DNA of 64,000 nt from Paraphysomonas bandaiensis. Lineage: Eukaryota; Protista; Chrysophyceae. A program made the position numbers and the translations under genes. The stretch is from NCBI GenBank assembly GCA_965644295.1, contig CBFFRP010000376.1, positions 62,001-126,000 on the forward strand. The letters are read 5' to 3'. Of this stretch, positions 23,119 to 34,476 are shown one piece after another (the first letter of the stretch is position 1; every line of letters starts with the position of its first letter). The notes below the pieces were generated by a model. That model did no database searches and was not told where the DNA came from. It saw only the letters and a list, made by a program, of their open reading frames with translations.

Positions 23119-25002
23119 TTACTTCTCGAGTACATCATCTGTGTCATCAATACTGTCTCCCATTTGCATAATATGGCGATCATCTTTTCTCATGGGCGTT
23201 TTACAGTGGAGAATATAAGCTATTCCACTAGCCAGGATACAGGCTGCAGTTGTCACATAAAATGCGTACTGAAAACAATGGGCACCCGTGCACGCATTGT
23301 CGTCATCCTCATCGTCATCTGAGCTGCCGCTTGATGGATAAAATGCAGCGATAAGTCCAGTGGCGAATGCGTAAGATCCAAATATGGGTGCAAGATCAAT
23401 GAATCCATAATTCGCACCCACGTGCTTAGAGCCGAACACATCAGCAATGAGCGCAGAGACATTAGAAAAAGTGCACCCGAACATTATTCCAACTATCAGC
23501 AGGCAAGGATAGAGCATAATCGGGGAGGCCAGAGAGAGAATGAAGTGAGCTGTTGCCATCAGTAGAGCCACAACAATCTGGAGCTGAAAGCGACTAATCT
23601 TATCCGAGAAACCATCAGCGACAAGACCAATTACAACTCGTCCAGTGGCATTAGCAAGGGACAGGATGGTGACAAAAAACGGTGAAGGCTCTTCCTTAAC
23701 TGCTTCTGCCACTGCCTGTATGTTATTTATCACAAGCAAACCTGAACCCGCAATGATCATGAACATGGTCATAATTCCATATGCTCGCCAGTGACATACG
23801 ACTTCACTGAGAGGAAGATTACGACCAAAATAAGAGATAAATTCTCCCTGTTTTCGAGACTCTTGTGGGTAGAGCTTCGTTGAAGTAGGGTTGATGGATG
23901 TATCATCTGCACCTCCACTGGAGGACTCATTCTGCAAAAGGCTGGTATACGGGCTGTCCCTATCTAAAGACATTGTCCCGACTTCATCTAGCGTATGAAA
24001 CCTCGGTCCATATAAGCTTGGTATTGCCATTACCAATAACACTGCAAATGCTACTAAACCACCGAAAAGACAGCTTACTGCACTTGTGACATCGGCCCAA
24101 TGCTTGATAGCCCCCACTACTACGATTAAAAGCATCATCGACGCCAAATGCTGGACGTATGGCATAACAGATGTGTTCCTTTTGCGAGATAATTCGTAAT
24201 CAAAACTAACCAGATGTGCTGGCAGTAAATTTGTCTTCAAGCATTGAACAAGAGTTAAACCTAATAAATAAAACAACATAGACTTACATTGACTGCACCC
24301 ACAACCTGAACAATAGGTAACATAATTGCAACAAACAAAATGAAGTCTGTGGCTTCGGCTTTAAAAAATCCGTCAGCAATAGTGGCAAGAATAGCAGCTG
24401 CGATGCCAAAATACGCTTTGGCGATACCAGCAACTTGGCCTCTCACTTCAGATGGAAACAATCGAATACCCACTGTTGTGACTGTGGACGAGCTGCATGC
24501 AACGCCCACCTAAAAGTAATCATAAGCAATGTGGTAGTCAATACGAGCTACAAACCTGTGCCATGAAGTTCACGATAGCAATCACGGGAACAGAATGCCA
24601 TACAATCTTCTGCACTGCTAACCATATATAAAAGTTGCCAGCCGCCATTAGGAAAGCTCCCACCAACATCACTACAAGAAATTAGAGTACAACACAATTC
24701 CCTAAGTGGTATACAACGTACCCGTTTTAGGACCTGTTGCTTCAATCGCTAGCCCACAAAACACCCCTGTGTATAATCCAGTGCTACCAAATGACCCTAT
24801 CAGACTCAGATTGACCTGAGAGAAGCCCAATCTGTTTTTGAATATCTCCGAAAATATTCCAAATGCATAACTTGTTCCCGCAACAGAGGCAGCCATGAGT
24901 ACTGTAGGGTAAAGTTGAGTAAGAAAAATAGATTCGCTGTAACTGTATGTCACCTGCAGCAAACGCATGCCATCGGCCGTTAATCTTACTGCACAAATTC
25001 AT
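23119..25002 (-). CDS. Nodulin-like/NFD4-type MFS transporter, multi-exon
   Basis: GTSYAFGIFS, FPSEVRGQVAGIAKAYFG, GLLVINNI, GRVVIGLVAD, FGSKHVGANYG, CTGAHCF; many TM helices; start codon approximate. Confidence 0.88.
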
Positions 25003-25486
25003 ATCGCGTATGGATATATCATGAGAAAACTGAACAATGCTGTAGGATCATCAGGAAACCTTTTCCACCAAGGTTATATGCCTATTGCAGGCTCCAGACA
25101 GTGCATTGGACCACACTCATCAACATACACAAGTACACACTACAGTCTGTACAGGTGTACATGTACAGCTCTGTGTGCACTGAAGAGCTGTGGTGCATAC
25201 AGCGTGAAAATCAGGACATTGTCCACATCTGACCACAAGACCAGCTATTTTCAAGAAATCAAGGGGTTTACAATACAGAAAAAGCTGATTTCCATACTGC
25301 TGGGAAATTCTGAGGTCGCGTGGTTCTGTATGTATGTATGTATGTATGCAGAATGTATTCTTATGTATGGCGTGTTGGCCTGTAGGAGTGTGTTGTTTCT
25401 ATCCCTACATTACTCTCTCCTGATCACGTCACGATTCCCTGAAGTCATCTCCTTTATTGCCTTGTTAGTATTTCAATTAAAGTGTC

Positions 25487-26695
25487 ATGTGGAGAGGGTG
25501 CGCGACTTCGTTTCGACATGCGAGACAATTTTGCTCCGCTGCCGCTAAAGCGACAAAGAAGACAAGCGCCATGCCGTATGTTACAGGCGTAGCTGTTCTG
25601 GGGGGCATTGCAATCGTTGCTGAAGATGTTGTGAATACCCCTGATGGGATGCTATCGTCCATGTTGGGGCAGAAAGGAGTTACTCATGAATTATATGATA
25701 GTATTTTTGGGGGTGTCTTGGATAGCATACTCTTACCATCATCAGATGAGTTGCTACCTGATTGGCCTACCGCGCCATGTTATGCAGGGCTAAACATCCC
25801 ACCCGGAACTCCAGCCCCCCCTCTTCTGGTGGTTGACCTGGAAAAAACTCTGATTGCCTCGGAGCATGATCCACGCTATGGGTGGAGACACGTGAAACGT
25901 CCAGGAGTAGACAAATTCATTGAGCAGCTCTCCAATTACTATGAAATTGTAATATTCGCCGAGAATGATATTGGAATGATGGAACATGTTCTAATGGCGA
26001 TAGATAAGGAAGGAAGGACGCATAAGCTTGGTCCTGCCGCGGGAGAAGCCAGAGGGGATAAAATCTTGAAACGCCTAGACTGTATGAATCGCGATATTCG
26101 GCGAATTATTCTCATAGACGATAGCCAAGAGGCAGCCCAGCTTTTTCCACGAAATACTATTTTTGTGAAACCATTCGATGACGTGCGATCCAAGGGCGAC
26201 ACAACTCTGACAGATCTTATCCCTGTCTTACAGGCGATTGTGCATGATGAGAACGTACGTGACTTCAGAACATGTCTCGATGACCTCGGCACTCATGATG
26301 CGTCGGAGCTTGTGACTGAATATCAGATGCGTGTAGCTGCTGCTAAGGGACGGGAGGATGAGAAGCGCAATCGTGGTCTTGGTAAGCTCATTCGTCAATC
26401 AGTCCTTCAGGCTCCATCTACTACATCTAGTCTAGTGGAAAGCGGAAGTGCTCTATCAGCGTCAAAAATTGTAGGTACTGATGAAGCAACCGTCGAAGAG
26501 GAGTCCAAGAAACTAGAGAAGCTGATGGCTGAGCCACAAAAGACTGTTGTGAAAAAGAAAGGAAGTTTCATGGAGTGGTTGGACCGTAACGAGAAGGAGA
26601 GGGCAGAGGCGAGTATGAGGCGCCGGGAGGAAATGGAAGCCTTATATAGAGAAAAAATGACCCAGAAAATGAAAAACGAACAGAGGGATATGTAG
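25487..26695 (+). CDS. TIM50: Mitochondrial import inner membrane translocase subunit TIM50
   Basis: Presequence-like N-terminus, TM, LLPDWP, NIF/FCP1-like domain LVVDLEKTL..GWRHVKRPGVDKF..YYEIVIF. Confidence 0.92.
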   Translation: MWRGCATSFRHARQFCSAAAKATKKTSAMPYVTGVAVLGGIAIVAEDVVNTPDGMLSSMLGQKGVTHELYDSIFGGVLDSILLPSSDELLPDWPTAPCYAGLNIPPGTPAPPLLVVDLEKTLIASEHDPRYGWRHVKRPGVDKFIEQLSNYYEIVIFAENDIGMMEHVLMAIDKEGRTHKLGPAAGEARGDKILKRLDCMNRDIRRIILIDDSQEAAQLFPRNTIFVKPFDDVRSKGDTTLTDLIPVLQAIVHDENVRDFRTCLDDLGTHDASELVTEYQMRVAAAKGREDEKRNRGLGKLIRQSVLQAPSTTSSLVESGSALSASKIVGTDEATVEEESKKLEKLMAEPQKTVVKKKGSFMEWLDRNEKERAEASMRRREEMEALYREKMTQKMKNEQRDM

Positions 26696-28283
26696 GTCAC
26701 TAGATGTAGTTGTTTTAAACTGTCAGAGTATAACTACACCATGGTCTCGAATTAAAGAACTTTTAATAATGAAATTGCATCATAACTTTTTCCACTTAGT
26801 CTTCGCAGTATGTGAAATACTGGAATACTGTGCATATCTTCGAATTTTTAACGCATTAACCGAATAGTAGATAATTTGGGATGAAAGTATTATGACATTT
26901 TCTTTTGTAGAACTCCCTAAGAGGACATTTCATTGTCTCTGGCATTGAGACCGGGCCCAACATCCTTATACTATAGGTTGATATGTATATACAATCTTCT
27001 CTTTTCCCTCTACCCTCTACCCTATGCTGAATGTTTTTTATGCAGATATACAAGAAAAATTCTGAGGAAAAAGCCTGTATTGAGTAAGTTATTCGTTACA
27101 GTATTTCTCTGAAAAAACTTTCACTCGAATTATCTTCACTTGACAGTAAAAAAGTAATAAATCAAATACTAAACATACCATTCAATACCTGAGCATAAAA
27201 TAAGAACCAGCTATTTTAGGGTTAGCTATTAATTGGGAACTACATTATCGACAAGCTTATATTATAATCTGCATCAATATATATTTACTGTTTCATGTTG
27301 CAACATCGTAGTAATAACAATAATACTATACTATACTATACCCAGTGTTCAATGCATAATCAAGATTTTAAATGAAAGAAACAAGTAAGCGTAGAAGGCA
27401 GAAGGAAGTATTTACAATTCATAGAATATGTTAAGTTTTTTTGTCCTCATACATCTTCAAATACCAAATTATCCAACAAAAAAATGTATAAATTATTGTT
27501 TCAGTAGGACATATATTTAATTTAACAAATATAATTGTTGCCACCGTAAATGTCCTGCTATATGATATTCTTTACATTAAAATGAGAATATGATGAATTC
27601 TAGATGCTAAAGGGCCTCCTCAAACTGTCGCATCACTTCAAGTTATTAAATACAATATTTTAATGAGAGATAGCACTACTGATAGGAATGATGTATACAA
27701 TATTGAGTATTAATTCGAATGCAATTTCTAACGATTAAAACTACAGTACTTGAATGGATACTTATCCAGTATACCAAACTCGAACTAACAAACAATTAAA
27801 TCGTTATATATATCATTAGTTGACTCAATACTCAATTCGATTTCAACAGTGCTACTCGCCAGTTAACCAATGGAGACATCCACATCTGGGGATGAAATTT
27901 AACTCTAGATGGCGGAGTCGATATCCAGTACGTATGATTTACCACGCGGTGAACTAACAGAGAAATACGAACTGTCGTGAAAAACATTGGGTGCTGCAAA
28001 TCATATAAATTGATATATTTGTCTTCCAGACATGCAGTGAAAGGGTGGACTGAAATCTAATGGGAAACAAGTACAAAAAGCCGTTTTTAAGTTTAAAGCA
28101 GATATCTACGCATGCGCACTACGAATGCAGAGGTGTATTAACTTATTAACTGGTGCAGTACTGATATTAGATATTTGAGTACTTCTAGTATCTGGGATAG
28201 TGATACAACAGTAAACACACAAAGAACTCTTTCTCTCTCACACTTATATTTCCCATTAACATTTATAATTCATTGTGAGTGTG

Positions 28284-28765
28284 CTACACGAGACCATCAA
28301 TGGCATGAAAGGCTCCATCTATTCCCCTGATGATGTTGTAAGTCCGCGAAACAGCATCCGCATTGATGCCTCCATAAATATGAGGAAACAACGGTTCGTC
28401 TGATTTCTCATCTCCCAGTCGTTTATGCTGAGTTGATCCTACTGCAGCAGCTATACAGTACTTAAATAATGAGAATATATTAGCTCTATACGCTTACCGG
28501 GCTCATAAACAACCCGGCTCTTCAGTTTCTGGCAGTCTATCTCCAAGCATATCCAATCCCCTACTTTATCTTTGTAGAAGAGGTTACCAACACCGAGAAG
28601 GAAACTAGGTTCAGCAGTTGCATGCACGAACCCGTCCTGTTCATAGGTGGGTGGAAAGTACACCTGATCTCTACTCACTTGACTCTCGAAGTCCTGTCGC
28701 TCTGTCATGTGATAGATGACAGCATTTTTCGGTACGCCCCGTGCGAGATAATCTGCCCACTCCAT
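28284..28765 (-). CDS. DUF952 family protein; intron 28451-28497
   Basis: IYHM, DGFVHAT, CLEID, VVYE and last-exon LFPHIYGGI; N-terminus uncertain. Confidence 0.82.
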
Positions 28766-29030
28766 GTACACGATATTGCTCTATGGAATAGCTGCACACT
28801 GCATCAGACTCCGAGCATTCCACACCAGCACAGGCATGATACACACACCGCTACGTACACTGACTGCTGTATCATGCACCCGCCCACAGGCATCTATACA
28901 CGCCTATACTGTGTACTACAGCAGTGTATACGGAAGTGTACAGCGGTGTGTACGTATCATGGAGTGGTCATGTATATACAGGGAGAGCCCGCACACATGC
29001 GATCACATGCACAGATCAGAAGATCTGTCA

Positions 29031-31334
29031 ATGGAGCGCTATGTGGATCTGTGTGCGTCCACCCCCTCCCTCTGCAATGATCTTCTGTTGAGGAGGGGCG
29101 CGGAGTTCATCCGTTATCTGTCATCAGAGCGAGGGTGAGTGTGTTGGATGCGTGTGTATGTAATCATATCACTGTATTGTTACTTATGCTTGAGATCAGT
29201 CTGCGGAAACTACCCGACACATCTCAGGTTATCCGCCCCGTCCCATTACCCCCTCTTACCCATTCACAGGCTTCGGTGTTGCGGTATTTGTTGACGAACC
29301 ACTACCTCTTCATGAATAACGGGACGGAAGAAATGCTCATTCAATACTGTACACAGCCCCCTTATCCTACAGATACGTGTATGCGAGTATGTCAAACTTT
29401 TCTCACTAAGGTTGGTGTGTATTTTCTGTGCATTTCTCCATTGACTGGTGGCAGTCCTTGGCAGTTCGTATGAGTTCAGCTACCGCATCCTGGAGAGCAC
29501 GAATATCTAATGCCATTGAAAGAGTAAATAAACTACTAATATGTACTTTCTGCTCAGTGATATTTTGTAGTTGGAACAACGCTTGGTGGGTAGTGAAGAG
29601 TGTGTGTGGAACTCTTATCTTTTTCACATACGAAGCGGCGCTATTCCAATTGAAAAAGGATGGAATGTCGAACTTGTTAATGCAGATACTCGTCGCACAT
29701 GCAACAACCACGAATCGAGTCATAGTAGTTTGATACTGAATTCTAATGTATCAGACGAAGGCTCTAGGGTGTCGATTGACTCTGTAGAATTAGAAGAACA
29801 AGAAAGATTTCCGGCCAGTGAAAATGAGACGGTGAAGCGACCCCGATTAGAGAAGATACCTGAAAAACCAGCTGCAGTCCGAGAGAAAGTGGAGCCTGAG
29901 ATTATATCGAATGGTGTAGCTTTGCCATCATCGCCGTTTCAACCGTCTTACGACATGCCCTCTCTCTGCCCATCTATGTTCACGAAAGTGGCAGATACGG
30001 TGAATATTGTTAAATCGTGCTCATTGCGTTTGTTATCACTCTCAGCAACCCGATCACTTTCGAACTCTGAAGTCTCAGATATCTCTACTCTTATCTGTGA
30101 AGCCCTAGACAGCGTATTTGATACAGGGTTGGGTGAGGCCGGTGTGGCATCTTTACTTCCGGAATCTACGACTGGCACGCGTTCATGTGTTCAACAGTGC
30201 AGCGGCTTGGTCTTTATTACTTCCTGCCTTCGTCTATTAGATTTAAGTCATTCTCGTATTAGTGATGAGCTGATTTGGGCTGTGGCTGGGTGTTATATGG
30301 ATAGTAGCGCAAGGTCAAGTCAGTATGTTGCACTTTTTCTATGTGGGGTAGTTTTACAGCGCTTGAGGCACCTCACCTCCCCGGCATCTAGAATGATGAT
30401 GAAAACCATTGACATGTGTGTGCAGCGACACCCAGAAGAGAGTATTACATTTATACTTGGTCCAGCCCCCCGTTCCCCTCCACTTTTATGTACAGTATCT
30501 CAGCCGGCACCAATAGATCCCGTCGTACCTCGACGAAATAATTTTCAGTGGGAGTGTATTCAGAGATTAATCAGACAGGTAGGTTCATCGGAATAGTTTC
30601 GTTCACTGTGTGATATATATATACAGAAAATGTTGGTCAAGGAACAGACCAACGAACTTCTTCTACATATATTGGGTTTACCACAGACCTTCACTGTATC
30701 GCAAAATACAATGTATATGGCGAAATCTCACGAAGTGTCGGTCCTCGACGCTCTCCTGAACGCTGACCCCAACCGCTTTAGCTCTTTGTTTACTATTGCG
30801 GAAAATGGCTTTCAACGAAGGGTAAATGAATTTTGGGCGCTTTCTGTGTCTGCGAGTATTGACGACGAGGCTTCTCATGCATTGGTACCTGCGTCAGACT
30901 CTTTTGCGGAATTGAGAGTGAGGCACTCGGATCTTGAACCTGAAGTTATGCCCATTCTTGCTTCCATTTGCACTTCTGTGAGTACTCAATTATTTACGTT
31001 ATGCTTGCCGTACTGACGAATAGTTGTGATGCAGTCAATGAAGTCATTATCACTTGAAGTTCTTAGTCTTGTAATAGCACACCTCGATACTGTGACAGGA
31101 AACTCGCAGAAAGTTGCCGCACTCCCGGTTTTAGCTAATCTGATTCACTCCATCATTCAGAGGTAAGGAGCTATCCACCGCTGCTGTATACAAATACTAA
31201 CTAACGTGCCATATGTTCACTATCTTCACAGTCATCCAAACATATTAGACACTTGCCGTGGTGAACTGAAGAGTATATTACAAAGATCATCATCAATGAT
31301 AGCTCGAAATACTCTATCCATTATAAGTACATAA
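29031..31334 (+). CDS. FANCE: Fanconi anemia group E (FANCE)-like protein, multi-exon
   Basis: Helical C-terminal region VLQRLRHLTSPASRMM..FILGP..QWECIQRLI..LANLIHSII..LKSILQRSSSMIARNTL resembles the FANCE C-terminal domain (LTSSASR) as recalled; exons joined by GT-AG introns. Confidence 0.65.
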
Positions 31335-31838
31335 ATACTACAGATAAGCTTGTATATATAAAATTGTTTACGCAATTATTTTAAAGTTGAAATACTATGA
31401 AATTCATGTTTTGTCAACATCTTCTTGTTCACAATTAGACGAGCCCTGATATCATTAATTTCTTGACAAGACACTTTGCCAAACACCGCAATATGTGAGA
31501 ATCAAATGACAATTCTTTTACATAATATATTCTTATTCTCTTTATAACCCACTAAAATAATTTAGTATAAAGTGAATCGTGAATTTCTGAGCCACACAAC
31601 TACCTCCTACAATATTGCTACACAGTACGAGTTTAATATAGCATATAGTATCTTATTACCTGTCAAACTGGATAAATTCCGGTCACAGTGGCACGGAACA
31701 AGGTGTGACTCAAAAAAGCTAGAGGATTTAATTTTCTTTTTACGTCTATGATGTGTTCTATAGTTTGAACAATTTACTCTAGTTAAAAGGTAGTACAGTG
31801 TTGGTTTTAGATGAGGTGAACTGATACCTGAAATATGG

Positions 31839-32047
31839 TTGGGTATAATCTTAGCCCTTAGCATGATGCAACTTTTGTATAATGCGTATATAACATATGT
31901 AACTACGTGTAAGTTTTACCGAAACGGGGGGAAACAAAGACTATTGGGTATAATCTTAGCCCTTAGCATGATGCAACTTTTGTATAATGCGTATATAACA
32001 TATGTAACTACGTGTAAGTTTTACCGAAACGGGGGGAAACAAAGACT
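31839..32047. repeat. Exact tandem duplication of a 104-bp unit (31839-31942, 31944-32047)
   Basis: Two identical copies separated by 1 nt, read directly. Confidence 0.95.
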
Positions 32048-32131
32048 GCGTATGGGAAAGTTAACAAATATACAAAAGGCACTACATATGTTGTGTTACA
32101 TCAATCTAAAACCCAAATCATGATTCGTTTT

Positions 32132-33160
32132 ATTCCCTAAAACATATGTGCCTCGACTGCACACATGAATCCATCACCCAAATAAGGGAAACTGCATTTC
32201 AATCGCATAAAAATGTGCTACACGAAATACAGAGAACTCAGACCTTACCCAACTGGATCACATCTGCACTACGGAGACTCTCCAGCAGAGCCTGGAATCC
32301 CTCCATCCCACAGGTCGAGAGATACTGGACTGGAACCATCACAGCAGCCCAACTGGAAACGGTCTTCGGAGACGACATACACAACCACCTGACGGCTCAC
32401 AGTCTACGGAACCTAGAAACAGTGGTTATTAATCTACTGCAACCGCTTTACACTGCAGCGAGGCTTATGTTACAGGATCGCGGTTGTCGCTATATCACCA
32501 TGTCCAAAAGGCCGCCCAGGCTACTCCCGAGACCCCGTCCGAAACGCAGTCAGTCAAGACAACGTCCGAGAGTCCTTAGATTACTAGTAGGGGTCCAACG
32601 AAGACCCCCCACAGCGTATCCGACTCCAGACACATGTGCACACCTCACAGGTCCTACCCGACAGAACATTGGACTGCCCAGACCTCCACAACGCCGACGG
32701 CTTCGACAACTCTATCTACTCCCGCAGCCCCTCAGGAGCACAGTAACACAGACTACAAACCCAACTCCTCCTCCCAACAATCCCCACCACTCTCAACCCA
32801 CTCATCTGGAACTAGGTGCACTCAGGACCCTAATTCAGAATGATGAGCCCCCTCCAAAACCAATGGAGTACCATCCCAAGGGGAGACCTCCAGACCACAT
32901 GCGCCAGTGAGTCCAGGACCCACGTTAATGGCGAATTAATTTATACTCACAAAAGAACGGAAGTGGTTGCACCTTGGTGCTTGCGGCGTCGCACAAGTAG
33001 CTTCTGTAGCGTCAAATAGTAGGATAAAAGAGTTTGCATTGATTAGTTACGGGTAGTAGTCTAACTAGTATGACTAGCATTCCACTAGCCACTAATGGGT
33101 GCCGGCTTTCAACGCCTACTGCTAAATAACAAGACTTTCAATATACATACATATATATAC
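32132..33160 (+). mobile_element. 5'-truncated non-LTR retrotransposon (LINE) fragment: ORF C-terminus (32146-32910) plus 3' UTR
   Basis: Frame begins SLKHMCLDC (HxxxxC half of a CCHC knuckle). C/A-rich composition unlike host genes, no introns. 3' UTR (32961-33140) is homologous to the retroposon tail and ends in a TA/TACA simple repeat. No RT domain is present. Confidence 0.7.
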
Positions 33161-33393
33161 TGACACTACTGCATGAGTTGTTTTGTTTGATTTTCCTCAC
33201 TACTACACCACTACATCAATAAACTCAAGCACTTATCAATAACTTAGCTTGATATACAAAAGTACACTTCATAGAAGTATTCGTTCGAACCAGAATCGCT
33301 ATCACCATTTCCTTAAGTAAGTCTATTAGGCAATGTAATCCCCGAATATAATGGATAATGGAGGCCACCTTGTCGAATGATCACTACTTTGTT

Positions 33394-33477
33394 CCCTCAA
33401 CAAAGTCAGACTCGCACCTTCTCGTGGTGTTCTGAGGGATAAGTACCGGAGAGATTTCTCCGGAAAACTAACGTGGG
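33394..33477 (+). ncRNA. Putative HDV-like self-cleaving ribozyme (L1Tc/ingi Pr77-type) at the retroposon 5' end
   Basis: P1 CCCUCA/UGAGGG; P2 CUCGC/GUGGG; P3 ACC/GGU; L3 UUCUCGU; P4 CCGGAGA-GAUU-UCUCCGG; J4/2 CUAA with candidate catalytic C33468. Manual fold only. Confidence 0.62.
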
Positions 33478-33715
33478 CTACAGAGTCAGCAGATATTGTT
33501 CTATGCCCGCTCATCTTGTGTGGTACAAGGAACACTATAACTAGTGTCACTGGTGTAGACGTCTTTGGGTCTAGACGAATAAACAGGCATCCCCAAATGG
33601 GTCCACCTCAAAGAGGCATCCGGGGTATTGGGCTGCCTACTGAAGCCAAGCATTCGGGCTAGTTCACCTTAAAGAGAGAGAGCGAAAGTGGTTGCACCTT
33701 CTGGTGCTTGCGGTG

Positions 33716-33870
33716 TATATAAGAAAATCTTATTATTACATGAGAACGGTTGTGTACAGAAACTAGTAATATATCTATAGACTAACTAAACTGGGCTTGG
33801 CATGTACTTCTAGTGGCGGGCAACCGTCTTGGGACTGCTTGTGCATCGCTGCGACCACCATGGTGCAACC
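33716..33870 (-). mobile_element. Nested antisense 3'-tail fragment of a related LINE/SINE subfamily
   Basis: 13-bp TSD GGTGCTTGCGGTG (33703-33715, 33871-33883); minus strand starts GGTTGCACCATGGTGGTCGC..GCACAAG and ends TAATAATAAGATTTTCTTATATA. Confidence 0.8.
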
Positions 33871-34476
33871 GGTGCTTGCGGTGCAGCAGCTGTCGTAGCA
33901 CTAAATAGTAGGATATCATAGTTAAGCGTTAACTCTTAAACGCCTACAGCTAATAATAAGACATCTACTAGTATTACTACTTTGTTAGAATACTACTTTT
34001 AAGGTCGTAAAACCATTGTGAAGTGTTGAGTCTGGAACTCGTTAAAACTGAAAACACACAGCTCAAATTCAACAGATATACCGAACATGTAACCGTAGCC
34101 CGTAGCCGTCTTACGCTTTCAACGGTTGTTCAGAGAATATGTTGTCACAGTACTTCATTCAACAGTGTTGCAGTACTTTTATATTTATCTACCATGCAAT
34201 GTAAAATATCAATATCATGTTCCCTAGCACCGTATGCTATATATATTTGAAAAGCGGATTGAGTACTAAATAGAGAATATTACGATGACAGATGGAGGTG
34301 ACTTATTATCGTAGTCATCTACCTCTATCCTTAAAAATAGTTAAAGATATATATACTACATTCAATATACAAAATATATTGCAGCGGAAATTTGAGGTAA
34401 GAATAAAAAAAAGATATCTACAATTGTGTTTGCTACAACACAAAGTGAAGGTGTACGTTGATAAGTACTTACTGTA

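Larger units (their letters stand above)
33394..33975 (+). mobile_element. Full-length retroposon copy E with 11-bp TSD and a nested insertion
   Basis: TSD ACTACTTTGTT at 33383-33393 and 33976-33986; element starts CCCTCAAC. Confidence 0.93.

Noticed and set aside
27214-27225. TTTTAGGGTTAG telomere-like word
   Set aside because: Fewer than two units; expected by chance.
32926-32936. TAATGGCGAAT, resembling the genomic HDV J4/2 region
   Set aside because: No P3/L3 or P2 partner upstream; treated as coincidence.
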